Below, one piece after another: positions 63,651-64,000 of a stretch of 64,000 nucleotides of DNA. Position 1 is the first letter of the stretch; each line of letters begins with the position of its first letter. The notes beneath the pieces were generated by a model. The model was given only the letters and a program-made list of their open reading frames with translations, made no database searches and had not been told where the DNA came from. The stretch lies in the NCBI RefSeq assembly GCF_006345805.1, contig NC_043014.1, positions 23,064,001-23,128,000 on the forward strand. The letters run 5' to 3'. The translations under genes were made by a program, and so were the position numbers. The DNA comes from Octopus sinensis (taxonomy: Eukaryota).

Positions 63651-64000
63651 TACATATGATGAAGCAGCTGCTACACAGTGAGCCTCTACATAGTTGTTTG
63701 ACTTGCTAAATATAATTGCAAATCTACCTTATAAAACATTTTAGATAATGTAATCCTAGGAACATCAACAGGATGGTTATGTCTGAAAAGCCTTTTAACT
63801 TAGTGTGGTGCAATCAAGGTTGAACTAAGGTTAAGCAACAACAACAACTCGTACACCCAATATTTCAAAGCCATAAATAGAAGCCAAATCTTCCTCAAAC
63901 CATAGCATACTATTTATGATAGAAAGGGTCACATGACCGTTTTAGATAATCTGAATAAAATAGCAGTATAGTCATGGCTAAAATAGATCTTCTCAACTTG

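Overview
This is repeat-dense, AT-rich animal genomic DNA. The repeat families look cephalopod (octopus-like); that is an inference from recalled repeat styles, not a database hit. I could not identify any host protein-coding gene. Nearly all ORFs in the track are either spurious reads of (TA)n/(CA)n microsatellites and tandem repeats, or belong to transposons. Transposon content: two long RTE LINE copies (16186-19537 and 60003-63650, both minus) plus many 3'-UTR-only copies with (GAT)n tails; CR1/L2-group LINEs embedded in (TA)n arrays, one nearly full length with a CCCH-finger ORF1; a 5'-truncated Penelope-like element (PLE) with an open GIY-YIG ORF; decayed Tigger/pogo and mariner transposons; a non-autonomous Helitron; TTAA- and hAT-type MITEs; and a dense co-oriented tRNA-SINE cluster. 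A ~358-bp tandem array sits next to a 100-N gap. The most notable signal not visible in the ORF track is a set of type I hammerhead-ribozyme-like folds. Two have intact cores, palindromic stem III and unusually long stem II (7650-7743 plus; 40790-40871 minus, the latter in the PLE 3' repeat). Several more are decayed or variant (28503-28544, 46653-46691, 48476-48510, 34569-34600). Other points: a covarying 3' stem-loop shared by the CR1-like LINEs and a SINE; a dispersed diverged relative of the 358-bp satellite; recurrent amplification of a hairpin module in the RTE 3' UTR; and weak splice and CpG evidence for a large plus-strand host transcript.
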